Below are positions 1-10,593 of a stretch of 64,000 bases of DNA, one piece after another. The first letter of the stretch is position 1. Each line of letters starts with the position of its first letter. Made by a program: the position numbers and the translations under genes. Source of the DNA: an uncultured bacterium (GTDB lineage: Bacteria; Krumholzibacteriota; Krumholzibacteriia; LZORAL124-64-63). The DNA is taken from positions 1-64,000 of the forward strand of contig CAVSZB010000004.1 of NCBI GenBank assembly GCA_963732385.1, written 5' to 3'. The notes beneath the pieces were generated by a model, which did not search any database, was not told the DNA's origin, and saw only the letters and a program-made list of their open reading frames with translations.

Positions 1-168
1 GATCTCCTCGGCGCGCAGACGTCGTACGACCTCCTCGGGATACGGCCCCGAGCCGACAGCGTCACCCGCGTGCCACACCTCGGCGACCCCCGTGCTCTCC
101 GCCCGCCGCAGCGCAGCGTCGAGGGCGGGCAGGTTCGCCAGCACATCGGCGATCAGGAGCACCTTCAG
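1..168 (-). CDS. Metallophosphoesterase (calcineurin-like, YfcE-type), N-terminal part; runs off window edge
   Basis: Manual translation LKVLLIADVLANLPALDAAL...VWHAGDAVGSGPYPEEVV matches the D-x-H-x-N and GD-x-VG-x-GP motifs (first His is Leu here). Apparent CTG start overlaps the CHAD stop, with GGAGG 7 nt upstream. Not in ORF track. Confidence 0.75.
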   Translation of the reverse strand, partial: MKVLLIADVLANLPALDAALRRAESTGVAEVWHAGDAVGSGPYPEEVVRRLRAEEI

Positions 169-1142
169 GTCGGTTCCTCCCGCGGTGGACGGGGCGCGCC
201 TGCCAACCGCGCCCACACGCCTTCGCCTGCCTGTTCGCTCCACAGCCGGACCAGCGCGTCGTGCAGCTCCGTGCGGCGCTGCAGACGTTCCTCGCGCAGC
301 GCGATCACGCCGGACTCGAGGGGAACGAACGGCTCGATGTGGCTGCAGTAGGCGAACGTACGCCGTCGCTCACGTTCCAGGAAGCGGGGGAGTGTGACGG
401 CCCAGACATCGCAATCGTGCATCTCGCCCAGCAGTTCCTGCAGCTGCTTCGTCGCCCGCAGGGCCGGACGCAGGATCTCCGGGTCGAGCGGCGCGAAGAT
501 CTCGAGGGTGTACCGGAGTTGTTTGGCGGCGATGCGCATTGCGTGATGCTGTTTCGCGGCGTCCGGCGCCGGCACGCAGTCGGCGAGCGCCAGGAGGGAC
601 TCGAATCGCGCCGCCACCGCCGCGCGGGCGATGGTGAATGTGGCCGTGGTAGGCGCGGGCGAGGGGGCGCCTTCCGGTCCCCCCATGGCCGCCAGGAAGT
701 CCCGCAGCGCCGACGCGGTCTTGGCGAACCGGTCGATGGCATCCCCCACGCGGCGCTGACGGCGCTCACGTCGCTGTTCAAGCCGTAGCCGCAGACGTTC
801 CAGGCCGGGTCTGTGCGCCGGTTCGATTCCCGGTTCAGCCAGGCGTGACGACAGGAAGGCGATCAGGACATCGAGATCGCGAGCCCGGCCGAGCGCCCGG
901 GTGAGTCGGCGCAGTTCCCGGTCCCAGGCCGGTCGCCACGCGCGCGGCCAGTGCGGAGCGAAGAGCGCGGCGGCGGCCCGCAAACGCCGGGAGGCGACGC
1001 GCATCCGGTGCAGAGGCTCCGGGTCGGCGCCCCCGCGCACGCCGGACGTTTCCTGAAGCAGGGCGGTCAGGCGCTTGTCGAGTGCCGTCGCGCCCAGCCG
1101 AAGATGGGCCGCATCGCCGCGTTGTTTCCGTGCCTGCCCCAC
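165..1142 (-). CDS. CHAD domain polyphosphate-binding protein
   Basis: LHRMRVASRRLR, LGRARDLDV, HAMRIAAKQLRYTLE and LQELLGEMHDCDV motifs. Start moved to GTG 1142 (GGGAG RBS just after the ppk1 stop). Confidence 0.9.
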   Translation of the reverse strand: MGQARKQRGDAAHLRLGATALDKRLTALLQETSGVRGGADPEPLHRMRVASRRLRAAAALFAPHWPRAWRPAWDRELRRLTRALGRARDLDVLIAFLSSRLAEPGIEPAHRPGLERLRLRLEQRRERRQRRVGDAIDRFAKTASALRDFLAAMGGPEGAPSPAPTTATFTIARAAVAARFESLLALADCVPAPDAAKQHHAMRIAAKQLRYTLEIFAPLDPEILRPALRATKQLQELLGEMHDCDVWAVTLPRFLERERRRTFAYCSHIEPFVPLESGVIALREERLQRRTELHDALVRLWSEQAGEGVWARLAGAPRPPREEPT

Positions 1143-1155
1143 GAACCGCGCTCCC

Positions 1156-3405
1156 TCAGAGGATGGTGTTTGCGCCCGCTCCGTTCGGAACGGCCGGCGC
1201 GCCGGCGCGCCGGCGCGCCAGGTCCATGAGGGCCTGATGAGTACCCGCAGCCGCGGCCCCGACATCGCCGGGCAGCGGTCGCCGCCGCTCGTAGCCGCCG
1301 TCCGGTTGCAGGTCCCACGCCTGTCGATGATCGGCCAGCATGATCTGCAGGATCTCCCAGCAGCGCCGACGGTGGTCCGCGGCGACGACAGGAGCCACCG
1401 CTTCGACCCGGGCCTGGAGGTTCCGGTACATCCAGTCGGCGGAACCGAGGGAGAATTCGCCGTCCACGGGATCCGCCGCCCCGTTGCGGAAATAGAAGAT
1501 GCGCGAGTGCTCCAGAAATCTTCCCACCACTGAGACGACCCTGATGTTGTCGCTCAGCCCCGGTACACCGGGCCGCAGGCAGCAGAAGCCGCGCACGATC
1601 AGGTCGATCTGCACGCCCGCGTCGCTTGCCCGGTAGAGCGCCCGGATGATGTCGCGGTCCTCGAGGCTGTTCATCTTCGCCACGATGGCCGCCGGTCGGC
1701 CGGCCGCGCGGTGCGCGATCTCCTGCTCGATCAGTTTGAGAAATCGTTCCTTCATGCCGAGCGGCGCGACGAGCAGGTGGTGGAACCCACGCGGGATCGC
1801 GCGGCCGGTGAGATGGTTGAACAACTCCATCAGTTCACCGGTCAACTCGGGCCGGCAGGTCAGCAATCCAAGATCCGTGTAGAGACGTGCGGTCTGCGCG
1901 TGATAGTTGCCGGTTCCCACGTGGGCGTAGCAGCGCAGGCCGTCCGGTTCGCGCCGCACCACCAGAGCCGTCTTGGTGTGGGTCTTCAGCCCCACGAGTC
2001 CGTAAACCACATGCACGCCGGCCGCTTCGAGCGCCTGGGCGCTGGCGATGTTGCGCTGCTCGTCGAAGCGGGCCTTCAACTCCAGCAGGCAGATCACCTG
2101 CTTGCCGTCCGCGGCCGCCCGGATGAGCATGTCGATGAAGGGACTGTCGTCGCCGGTCCGGTAGACCGCCATTTTGATCGCGAGCACCTCGGGATCGGCA
2201 GCTGCCGCGGCAATGAAGCGCTCCACGCTGGCGTCGAAGCTGTCGTACGGGTGGTGCACGAGCAGGTCGCCCCGCCGGATCAGCGCGAAAATGTCACCGT
2301 CAAAAGCGGCGAGTTCCGGTGGCACGAGCGGGGTCCAGGGCGGATAGCGCAGGGCTGGGACCGCGAGATCCGCCACGCACTGCAGACCAGTGTGGTCGAG
2401 CAGCCCCGGCTGTACGTAGACATCCCGCTCGTCGAGTCCGAGTTCCTGACGCAGGAAGAGGGCCATGCGCGGGTCTGGATCAGGTCCGAGTTCGAGCCGG
2501 ACCACCTGCTCGATGCGCCGCTGCCGCAACTCCTCCTCGATCAACTCCAGCAGATCGTCGGCGTCCTCCTCGTCCCGCTCGATATCGGCGTTGCGAGTGA
2601 TACGGAACGGCGTCACCCCGCGCACGGTCAGGCCGGGGAACAGGTCGCCGAGGTTGTGTCGCAGCAACTCGATCAGGGAGACAAGCCGGTGAGCCCCCCG
2701 TTCGCCGCCGCCGGCCAGCGGAATCCACGCCGGCAGCATCGCCGGCACCTTGACGCGGGCGAACAGATCCCCTGCCTGCGCAGGGTGGCGCAGCCGGACC
2801 CCCAGGGAGGTGGACAGGTTCGAAATGAACGGAAAGGGATGGCCCGGATCGACCGCCAGCGGGGTCAGCACGGGAAATACATTGGCCTTGTAGTAGTTCC
2901 CCGCCGCGACCTGTTCCGCCGGGGTCAGTTCGTGCCAGTCCAGCAGATGGATGCCCTCCGCCGCCAGGGCCGGTCGCAACTCCTGGCCGAAGCAGCGCGC
3001 CTGCATCGCGAGCATCGGGAGCACCGCGCGGCGGATCAGCGCGAGCTGCCGCGCCGGGACGGGTCGGTGGCCGTGCGCCGGCAGGCCGGCGGCTTCCTGC
3101 CGCTTCAGCCCGCCCACCCGTTTCATGAAAAATTCGTCGAGATTGGCACTGAATATCGCCAGGAAGCGCAGTCGCTCGAGCAGCGGAGCGTCGCCATCGA
3201 GCGCTTGGGCAAGCACACGGCGGTTGAATTCCAGCCAGCTCAACTCGCGATTCAGGAACGGCTCGTCGATTGGCCCCTGCTCGGTGGTGAGGCTGGCAGG
3301 ATTCCGCTGGCCAATGTCATTTGCTGGGAACACTTGGTCCTGCCTCGGTGGGAAAGGCTGGCGGCCGGTTTGCTCCGGATTGTATCCGCCGCCCTGGGTA
3401 TTCAA
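1156..3405 (-). CDS. ppk1: Polyphosphate kinase 1
   Basis: FLNRELSWLEFNRRVL, NLDEFFMKRV, HHPYDSF, ELKARFDE, KTHTK, GRFLEHSRI, SADWMYRNL. Confidence 0.97.
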   Translation of the reverse strand: MNTQGGGYNPEQTGRQPFPPRQDQVFPANDIGQRNPASLTTEQGPIDEPFLNRELSWLEFNRRVLAQALDGDAPLLERLRFLAIFSANLDEFFMKRVGGLKRQEAAGLPAHGHRPVPARQLALIRRAVLPMLAMQARCFGQELRPALAAEGIHLLDWHELTPAEQVAAGNYYKANVFPVLTPLAVDPGHPFPFISNLSTSLGVRLRHPAQAGDLFARVKVPAMLPAWIPLAGGGERGAHRLVSLIELLRHNLGDLFPGLTVRGVTPFRITRNADIERDEEDADDLLELIEEELRQRRIEQVVRLELGPDPDPRMALFLRQELGLDERDVYVQPGLLDHTGLQCVADLAVPALRYPPWTPLVPPELAAFDGDIFALIRRGDLLVHHPYDSFDASVERFIAAAAADPEVLAIKMAVYRTGDDSPFIDMLIRAAADGKQVICLLELKARFDEQRNIASAQALEAAGVHVVYGLVGLKTHTKTALVVRREPDGLRCYAHVGTGNYHAQTARLYTDLGLLTCRPELTGELMELFNHLTGRAIPRGFHHLLVAPLGMKERFLKLIEQEIAHRAAGRPAAIVAKMNSLEDRDIIRALYRASDAGVQIDLIVRGFCCLRPGVPGLSDNIRVVSVVGRFLEHSRIFYFRNGAADPVDGEFSLGSADWMYRNLQARVEAVAPVVAADHRRRCWEILQIMLADHRQAWDLQPDGGYERRRPLPGDVGAAAAGTHQALMDLARRRAGAPAVPNGAGANTIL

Positions 3406-3507
3406 GACCGGCCTTCCGGAACCTGGGTTGCCTGCAATTTAAGGACCATATATATGATAACCGGGAGCGGCAACCGGGTCGGGGTGGCGGCGGTGCCCTG
3501 GCGGGGT

Positions 3508-3534
3508 GCAACTCTGTGCGGCCCCGGAGCGTAA
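3508..3534 (+). promoter_or_regulatory. Putative ECF sigma promoter (GCAACT...CGTAA)
   Basis: AAC-N17-CGTAA about 40 bp upstream of the TPR gene; closely similar element at 9761-9786. Confidence 0.55.
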
Positions 3535-3572
3535 CAACTTTTCAATCCGTGTTTCCGAAGCGGAGGGATTTG

Positions 3573-5060
3573 ATGTTGAGGCACCGCGCGCGCCTGTTCG
3601 CCGTGGTTGCGGCCTTGGTGGCCGGGACCACTGCGTTGGTTGTCCTGGGGCAGGACAGACCCGAATTGACCACCACCTCCCGCCAGGCCTACACGCTCTA
3701 CCTGCAGGGCGAAGAGCGGCTGAACGCCTTCCAGTTCGCGGTCGCGGAAAGTCTGCTGCAGGACGCTGTCAAACTGGACGGCGGTTTCGCCATGGCTCAC
3801 GCGGCCCTTGGCGAAGCGCTTTCCTTGAACGGGAAGAACCAGGCGGTAAAGCGGCAGATCGTGCTGGCGGACAGCCTCGCCCGGCTGTTGCCGCGGGAAG
3901 ACGAGCGCCTGCTTGTGCAGCTGCGTCTGCCGGATTTTTCCGGCAAGGCCCACGTCGTCCGCGATTCCCTGCTCTTGCTGGCGCAGAAGCGTCTGCCCAG
4001 GCACCCTCTGGTGTTGCGGGCGAAGGCTCTGCGCTTCCGCAACCTGGGCGACGCCGAAGAGGAAGAAGCGGCGTGGCGGGAGGTCCTGCGCGCCGACCCC
4101 AACTATGCGCGGGCCTACAACTGGCTCGGCTATCTCGCGGCCGGGCAGGGGCGCTACCTCGAGGCGCTCTCCTACATTCGTCGCTATGCCTTTCTTGCCC
4201 CCGACATCGCGAACCCGCACGACTCTCTCGGTGAGATCTACACATACATGGGGGAACTCGATGCCGCGGAGCAGGAGTACCGGCAGGCGCTCCAGCTGCA
4301 GCCGGAGTTCTACCCCTCGCTGCTCGGGCTGGCGCGCGTCTATCTGGCCCAGGGCCGTCTGCGCCGGGCGCTCGATGTTCTCGACCAGACCCGCGCCCAG
4401 TTCGCAGGGACCGGGGTGGCAGGCGCCATCGACGCCTTCACGGCCGGCCAACTGTTCGAACAGGGCTACCCGGAGTTGGCGTTGGCTCCGCTCGCCCGGC
4501 TCAGCGTCGCCCAACCGAAGAGCGGAGAGGCGGCCTGGACGCGCAGCCTTGCCCTAGCCTACCGGGGGCGCCTGACCGAAGCGCGAACGCTTGGCGATTC
4601 GCTGCTGAGCGTCTGGCGCGCTTCGCCGCGCTACGCCGGACTGGACCTGGAGCGCCGGCGTGTCGAGTGCAACGACCAGATCCTGCGCGCCCTCCTGAGC
4701 GGGGCGCAGCGCGAGCCGACCCAGGAGGTCGCCGCGTGGGGGAAGGCCCTGATCGAGGCGCATCGGTTCCCGCCGCACGAACGCTGGTCGCTGCAATGGC
4801 GCTATGCGGAGAGTCTGGCGCGTCTCGCCCAGCCGGAGGCTGCGCTCGCTCAGACGCGCGAGATCCTGGCCGTCAATCCGCGTCTGATCGGCCCGCTGTT
4901 GCTGCAGGCGCGCTGCACGCTCGACCTCGGTCGTTTGGATGAAGCGCGGGCCGTCTTCGTTTCCCTCGATGCGGCCCTGGCGCGCGCCGATGCCGACCTG
5001 CCGGCGGTGGCGGCGGCCGATTCCCTCCGCCGGCTTCTCCCCGGACGCCCGGTCTCCTGA
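3573..5060 (+). CDS. Secreted or membrane-anchored tetratricopeptide repeat protein
   Basis: N-terminal hydrophobic signal; TPR motifs (DPNYARAYNWLG, PDIANPHDSLGEIY); GGAGG RBS before ATG 3573. Confidence 0.8.
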   Translation: MLRHRARLFAVVAALVAGTTALVVLGQDRPELTTTSRQAYTLYLQGEERLNAFQFAVAESLLQDAVKLDGGFAMAHAALGEALSLNGKNQAVKRQIVLADSLARLLPREDERLLVQLRLPDFSGKAHVVRDSLLLLAQKRLPRHPLVLRAKALRFRNLGDAEEEEAAWREVLRADPNYARAYNWLGYLAAGQGRYLEALSYIRRYAFLAPDIANPHDSLGEIYTYMGELDAAEQEYRQALQLQPEFYPSLLGLARVYLAQGRLRRALDVLDQTRAQFAGTGVAGAIDAFTAGQLFEQGYPELALAPLARLSVAQPKSGEAAWTRSLALAYRGRLTEARTLGDSLLSVWRASPRYAGLDLERRRVECNDQILRALLSGAQREPTQEVAAWGKALIEAHRFPPHERWSLQWRYAESLARLAQPEAALAQTREILAVNPRLIGPLLLQARCTLDLGRLDEARAVFVSLDAALARADADLPAVAAADSLRRLLPGRPVS

Positions 5061-5261
5061 CCGGGGCTGGTCGGTTGCCATTGTGCGCTTGTCACACCTC
5101 GCGCGCGGGTTTTACCCACGGTCGGCAGCGTCAACTTTCTGCTCCCGGCCGGGGAGCGGGGGGCCTATATTTGCCGCGCTCAACCGGCGCGCCCGCCGTC
5201 GGCGTCGCCCGGCGCCGGCCGCGCGCGCGCCCGCGCCGTCAGTTGCCCGAGGAGGAGTCGC

Positions 5262-6785
5262 ATGGCCATCGTTCTGGACGGAAGCGGTCTCACTGTTGAT
5301 CGGTTGGTACGCGTTGCGCGCGATCACGAGCAGGTCGAGCTGCATCCCGACGCGCTCGCGCGGATCAAGGCGTGCCGCGCCATGCTCGAGCGCAAGATCC
5401 AGGCGCACGAGATCATGTATGGCGTCAACACCGGCATCGGAGAATTCTCCGAGGTCGTGCTGAACGATGATCAGGTGCAGCAGTTCCAGCGCTACCTGAT
5501 CTACAACCATGCCGCCGGCATTGGCGATCCCGCGCCCGAGGAGTATGTCCGCGGCGCGATGACCGGTCGGATCAACGTGCACGCGCACGGTAATTCCGGC
5601 TGCCGTCCCGAAATCACCCTGACGCTGGTGGAGATGCTCAATCGTGGCGTCACCCCGTACGTCTGCCAGAAGGGCTCGGTCGGCGCCTGCGGCGATCTCG
5701 CTCCGATGTCGCAGATCGCCCTCCTTTTGATGGGAGAAGGCCAGGCCTGGTATCGCGGCGAGTTGCTGCCGGGAGCAGAAGCGCTGAAGCGGGCCGGTAT
5801 CCCGGTGCCGGGCCTGCAGGCGCGCGACGGTCTGGCCACCATCAACGGTTCGAACCTGTTGACGGCGATGAGCGCGATCCATCTCCACGACACCGACCGC
5901 TGGCTGCGGCAGGCGGAGATCGCCTGTGCCATGACGCTCGCCGGTCTCCATGCGAACCTCAAGCCGTACGACCGGCGTTTGCACGAGGCGCGCGGTTTCC
6001 CCGGCGCGGTGCGCAGCGCTGCTGCGATCATGAAATGCCTCGCCGGCGGGGATCTGCAGACCGGGAAGCTCAAAACCAAGGTGCAGGACGCCTACTCCAT
6101 GCGCTCGACGCCGCAGGTCATCGGCGCGGCGCACGACGCTGTGGCGTGGGCGCGGCTCCAGGTCGAAACCGAACTCAACGGTGTGGGGGACAACCCCATC
6201 TTCCTGCCCGAGCACGATCTCACTCTCACCGGCGCCAACTTCCAGGGTACCCCCGTCTCGCTGCCCATGGACATGATCGGCAGTGCCGTGACGATGGTCA
6301 GCGTGCTTTCCGAGCGGCGGCTCAACCGTCTGCTCAACCCGGCGCTCAGCGTCGGTCTGCCGGCCTTCCTGACCAAAGGCGCCGGCATGTTCTCGGGCCT
6401 CATGCTGAGCCAGTACACGGCGGATACCCTGATCGTCGAGCAACGCATCCTCTCCGCGCCGGCGGCCTGCGCCTCGATCCCCGCGGCCGCGGATCAGGAG
6501 GATTTCGTCTCGATGGGGATGAACACGGCGTTGAAGAACGCCCAGATTCTGCACAACGCGAACGGGGTGCTGGGGATCGAATTCCTGGCCGCGGCGCAGG
6601 CACTCGATTTCCGCGAGCTCGATCCCGGCCTCGGGGTCAGGGTGGCGAAGGAGACCGTGCGCCGGCACGTCGCGCATCTCGATGTGGATCGTCCCCTCCA
6701 TCCGGATCATACCCTCATGCAGGTCGTCGTGGGTTCCGGGGAGATCCTGGGGGCGGTGGAGGCGGCAGTCGGCCCGCTGGCCTGA
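5262..6785 (+). CDS. hutH: Aromatic amino acid ammonia-lyase, histidine ammonia-lyase-like
   Basis: YGVNTGIG, NHAAG, GSVGACGDLAP (MIO site), QDAYSMRSTPQV, DNP, QEDFVSMG. Confidence 0.85.
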   Translation: MAIVLDGSGLTVDRLVRVARDHEQVELHPDALARIKACRAMLERKIQAHEIMYGVNTGIGEFSEVVLNDDQVQQFQRYLIYNHAAGIGDPAPEEYVRGAMTGRINVHAHGNSGCRPEITLTLVEMLNRGVTPYVCQKGSVGACGDLAPMSQIALLLMGEGQAWYRGELLPGAEALKRAGIPVPGLQARDGLATINGSNLLTAMSAIHLHDTDRWLRQAEIACAMTLAGLHANLKPYDRRLHEARGFPGAVRSAAAIMKCLAGGDLQTGKLKTKVQDAYSMRSTPQVIGAAHDAVAWARLQVETELNGVGDNPIFLPEHDLTLTGANFQGTPVSLPMDMIGSAVTMVSVLSERRLNRLLNPALSVGLPAFLTKGAGMFSGLMLSQYTADTLIVEQRILSAPAACASIPAAADQEDFVSMGMNTALKNAQILHNANGVLGIEFLAAAQALDFRELDPGLGVRVAKETVRRHVAHLDVDRPLHPDHTLMQVVVGSGEILGAVEAAVGPLA

Positions 6786-6822
6786 CCGGAACTGGCTGGC
6801 CTCCCTCACGGGGGGCATGAAA

Positions 6823-6850
6823 AGAAGGCCTCCCGTGAGGGAGGCCTTCT
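6823..6850. terminator. Intrinsic terminator hairpin between convergent hutH and tRNA
   Basis: AGAAGGCCTCCC-gtga-GGGAGGCCTTCT perfect 12-bp stem, with an A-run on the left and a T-run nearby on the right. Confidence 0.8.
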
Positions 6851-6857
6851 CGATTTT

Positions 6858-6934
<77 letters not shown>

Positions 6935-6974
6935 ACCGATTCATTTTCGCGGGTTTCCGCCCGCAATCCGGGCA

Positions 6975-7003
6975 AATATAGGCGGTGGTGGCGGGTGTGT
7001 CAA
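6975..7003 (-). promoter_or_regulatory. sigma70 promoter of tRNA-fMet
   Basis: TTGACA-N17-TATATT on the minus strand about 40 bp upstream of the tRNA. Confidence 0.8.
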
Positions 7004-7617
7004 GGCGACCGGCTCTGCCTCCCCGGCTTCCCCGCCGGCCTGACCGCGTCGGAACGAGGGGCGTGGCCGCCTGACGGTTCGAGTGGTTGAGCGGCTGGTG
7101 GATTGACCGGAAACGCCGGCAGGAGGTCGGGCCGGCGTCGACCGGGGACCGCACCGGTTCGCTCGCCCGGCGCGGCCGGAGCGAGGGTGGCGGTAACGTC
7201 GGCGGTGAGCTTTTCCCCGCCGATCAGCTCAATGACTGTCTCGCCGGGCCGTTTCATGCCGTACTTTTCGCGGGCGATCCGTTCCAGCGCCGCGGGGTTG
7301 GTGTTCAGCGCGTCGATCCGTGACTGCAATTCAAGCCGTTGCGCCCGCAGACGCTCCACCTCCTCGGTGGCGGCAACCCGGTCCCGCACCAGCCGGCGGT
7401 GAGTAGCGATGCCATTGTCACCCAGCAACGTGGTGGCGGTCAGCAGACCGAAGCCGAGCGCGATCAGGGCGAGCAGCGGCCAGCGCAGGCTGCGACGCCC
7501 CGGCGGCTGTCCGCGCAGGAAACGTCGGGGAACGTGGGCTCCCTCATCCGCCTGCGGGGCGGAACGCGACGAAACGCGAGCCCGGCGCGCCATCGGAATC
7601 GTAGTCCGCAGATCCAT
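7000..7617 (-). CDS. ftsB: Septum formation initiator (FtsB/DivIC family)
   Basis: TM helix, GDNGI, coiled coil, LERIAREKYGMKRPGE; classic position downstream of eno. Confidence 0.85.
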   Translation of the reverse strand: MDLRTTIPMARRARVSSRSAPQADEGAHVPRRFLRGQPPGRRSLRWPLLALIALGFGLLTATTLLGDNGIATHRRLVRDRVAATEEVERLRAQRLELQSRIDALNTNPAALERIAREKYGMKRPGETVIELIGGEKLTADVTATLAPAAPGERTGAVPGRRRPDLLPAFPVNPPAAQPLEPSGGHAPRSDAVRPAGKPGRQSRSP

Positions 7618-7636
7618 CTGCGACCTCCTGCCGGGG

Positions 7637-8986
<1,350 letters not shown>

Positions 8987-9107
8987 CTAGGCGGCGCAAG
9001 CAGCAGTGTCAAGACGACCGCCGCAGCAGTGGCGGCTGGACCCGACGGAAGTCCCGGTTGACCATCCGCGCGGCCCACCCCTATCTTCGCGCTCCGAGGG
9101 CCGCCTG

Positions 9108-9689
9108 ATGTTTGACCGCAATAGTGACCTGCAGCTCATTCGCCGGTGCAAGCGCGGCCACGAGCCGTCCTTTGCCCAACTGCTCGATCGGTACCGGTCA
9201 CCGGTCTACGGTTTGTGCTACCGGATGACCCGCAACGTCGAGGACGCACGCGATCTGGCCCAGGAGGTGTTCATCAAGGTCTTTTCCCTGCTGGATCGCT
9301 ACGATGAAACCTATGCCTTTTCGAGCTGGATGTTCCGGATCGCGACGAACCACTGCATCGATCATCTGCGGCGCAACCGAATGCGCTTCCTGCCGCTTGA
9401 AACTCAGGCCGGACCCTCGGGCGAGGAGATGGAACTGCCTCTGCCGGACCCCGGCCCGCGGCCCGATCGCCTGCTGGAGCGGAAGGAGGCGATGGCGCAT
9501 CTCGAAGAGATCATCGCCGGCCTGCCGCCTCACTACCGGGTCATCACCCTGCTGCGCCACGACGAGGAACTGTCCTACGAGGAGATCGCCACCATCCTCG
9601 ATCTGCCGCTGGGGACGGTCAAGGCGCGCATCCACCGGGCCCGCAACATGATCATGCAGATCCTGCGCGACCGGGCGCTGGAGCTCTGA
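9108..9689 (+). CDS. ECF RNA polymerase sigma factor (SigW/RpoE-like)
   Basis: DARDLAQEVFIK, FSSWMFRIATNHCIDHLR, LSYEEIATILDLPLGTVKARIHRAR. Confidence 0.93.
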   Translation: MFDRNSDLQLIRRCKRGHEPSFAQLLDRYRSPVYGLCYRMTRNVEDARDLAQEVFIKVFSLLDRYDETYAFSSWMFRIATNHCIDHLRRNRMRFLPLETQAGPSGEEMELPLPDPGPRPDRLLERKEAMAHLEEIIAGLPPHYRVITLLRHDEELSYEEIATILDLPLGTVKARIHRARNMIMQILRDRALEL

Positions 9690-9760
9690 GCCGCGGGGCG
9701 GCGCGCGTTCGCCACGCCGGCCCTGACCTGATCCGGGCGGCAAATTTGGCGGCACCGCCC

Positions 9761-9786
9761 GCAACTTTGTCGGGCCGCATCCGTAA
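9761..9786 (+). promoter_or_regulatory. Putative ECF sigma promoter upstream of the anti-sigma gene
   Basis: GCAACT...CGTAA (AAC-N16-CGTAA), SigW-type geometry. Confidence 0.6.
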
Positions 9787-10074
9787 GGAGCGACTGGCTC
9801 AACAGCTGCAGGCGAACAGTACGTGTCGGGGGATACGACGCCTGCCTGTTGGGGAGGCAGGGCTGGGGGCGGGGACCTTGCGGTCGTCGCCCTCACCCTC
9901 CTCCTGAACGACGAATCCGGTGGCGAAGCGGCTATTGGGCATGACAACGTTGTCAGGCCGGGGAACAGCCGCTATCCGCGGATGCGGTTGCATGGCGGGA
10001 GCGGGCAAGGCAGGCTGGCGCGGCGCCGGGAAAGACATGCGCCGCCCCCGCGACCCGCAGGGAAGGAGCTGGAG

Positions 10075-10593
10075 ATGAACAGAAATCTCAAACAGTCGGA
10101 TCGACCGGACGTCTGCCGCGCCCTGCGCGCGGATTTCCAGGCGTACGTCGACGGCGATCTCGCCCGGGAGCGGGCGCTCGAGGTTTTTCTGCATGCGCGC
10201 GATTGCCGTGGCTGTGCAGCCGAATTGGCCGCGGTCAAGGAACTGTTCGCACATCTGGATGCGTTGCCCCCGGTGGCCGTGCCGGCGGATTTCGATGCCC
10301 GGGTGCTGGCGGCGGTGCCGTACGCCGCCTACCGTGCGATGGAGCCGCTGCGTCGCGAGCGGGTGCCGGTGTTCCTGGAGGAGAATTTCCTGCCCGCGCC
10401 GTTGCGGGCACCCTTCGTACGCGGGGCGGGGGTGGCGCTGGCTGTCGTAACCGGCGCCGGCCTGCTCAGCGGACGCTGGCCCGACCTCGCGGTCGTGGCG
10501 CTGATGGTCGGTCTGCTTCCCGAGGCGGCCGTGCGCCTGCAGCGTCTGGCGCGGCGCCGTTATGGACACGTACAGAGGTCGGAGAGTGGCTGA
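10075..10593 (+). CDS. Zinc-finger (ZAS, HxxxCxxC) membrane anti-sigma factor
   Basis: LHARDCRGC motif, two C-terminal TM segments, follows the ECF sigma; GGAG RBS. Confidence 0.88.
   Translation: MNRNLKQSDRPDVCRALRADFQAYVDGDLARERALEVFLHARDCRGCAAELAAVKELFAHLDALPPVAVPADFDARVLAAVPYAAYRAMEPLRRERVPVFLEENFLPAPLRAPFVRGAGVALAVVTGAGLLSGRWPDLAVVALMVGLLPEAAVRLQRLARRRYGHVQRSESG

Noticed and set aside
1711..3534. Long antisense ORFs here and at 5112-6818, 29746-31662, 45855-48755 and 51795-53267
   Set aside because: High-GC shadows of well-supported genes on the opposite strand.
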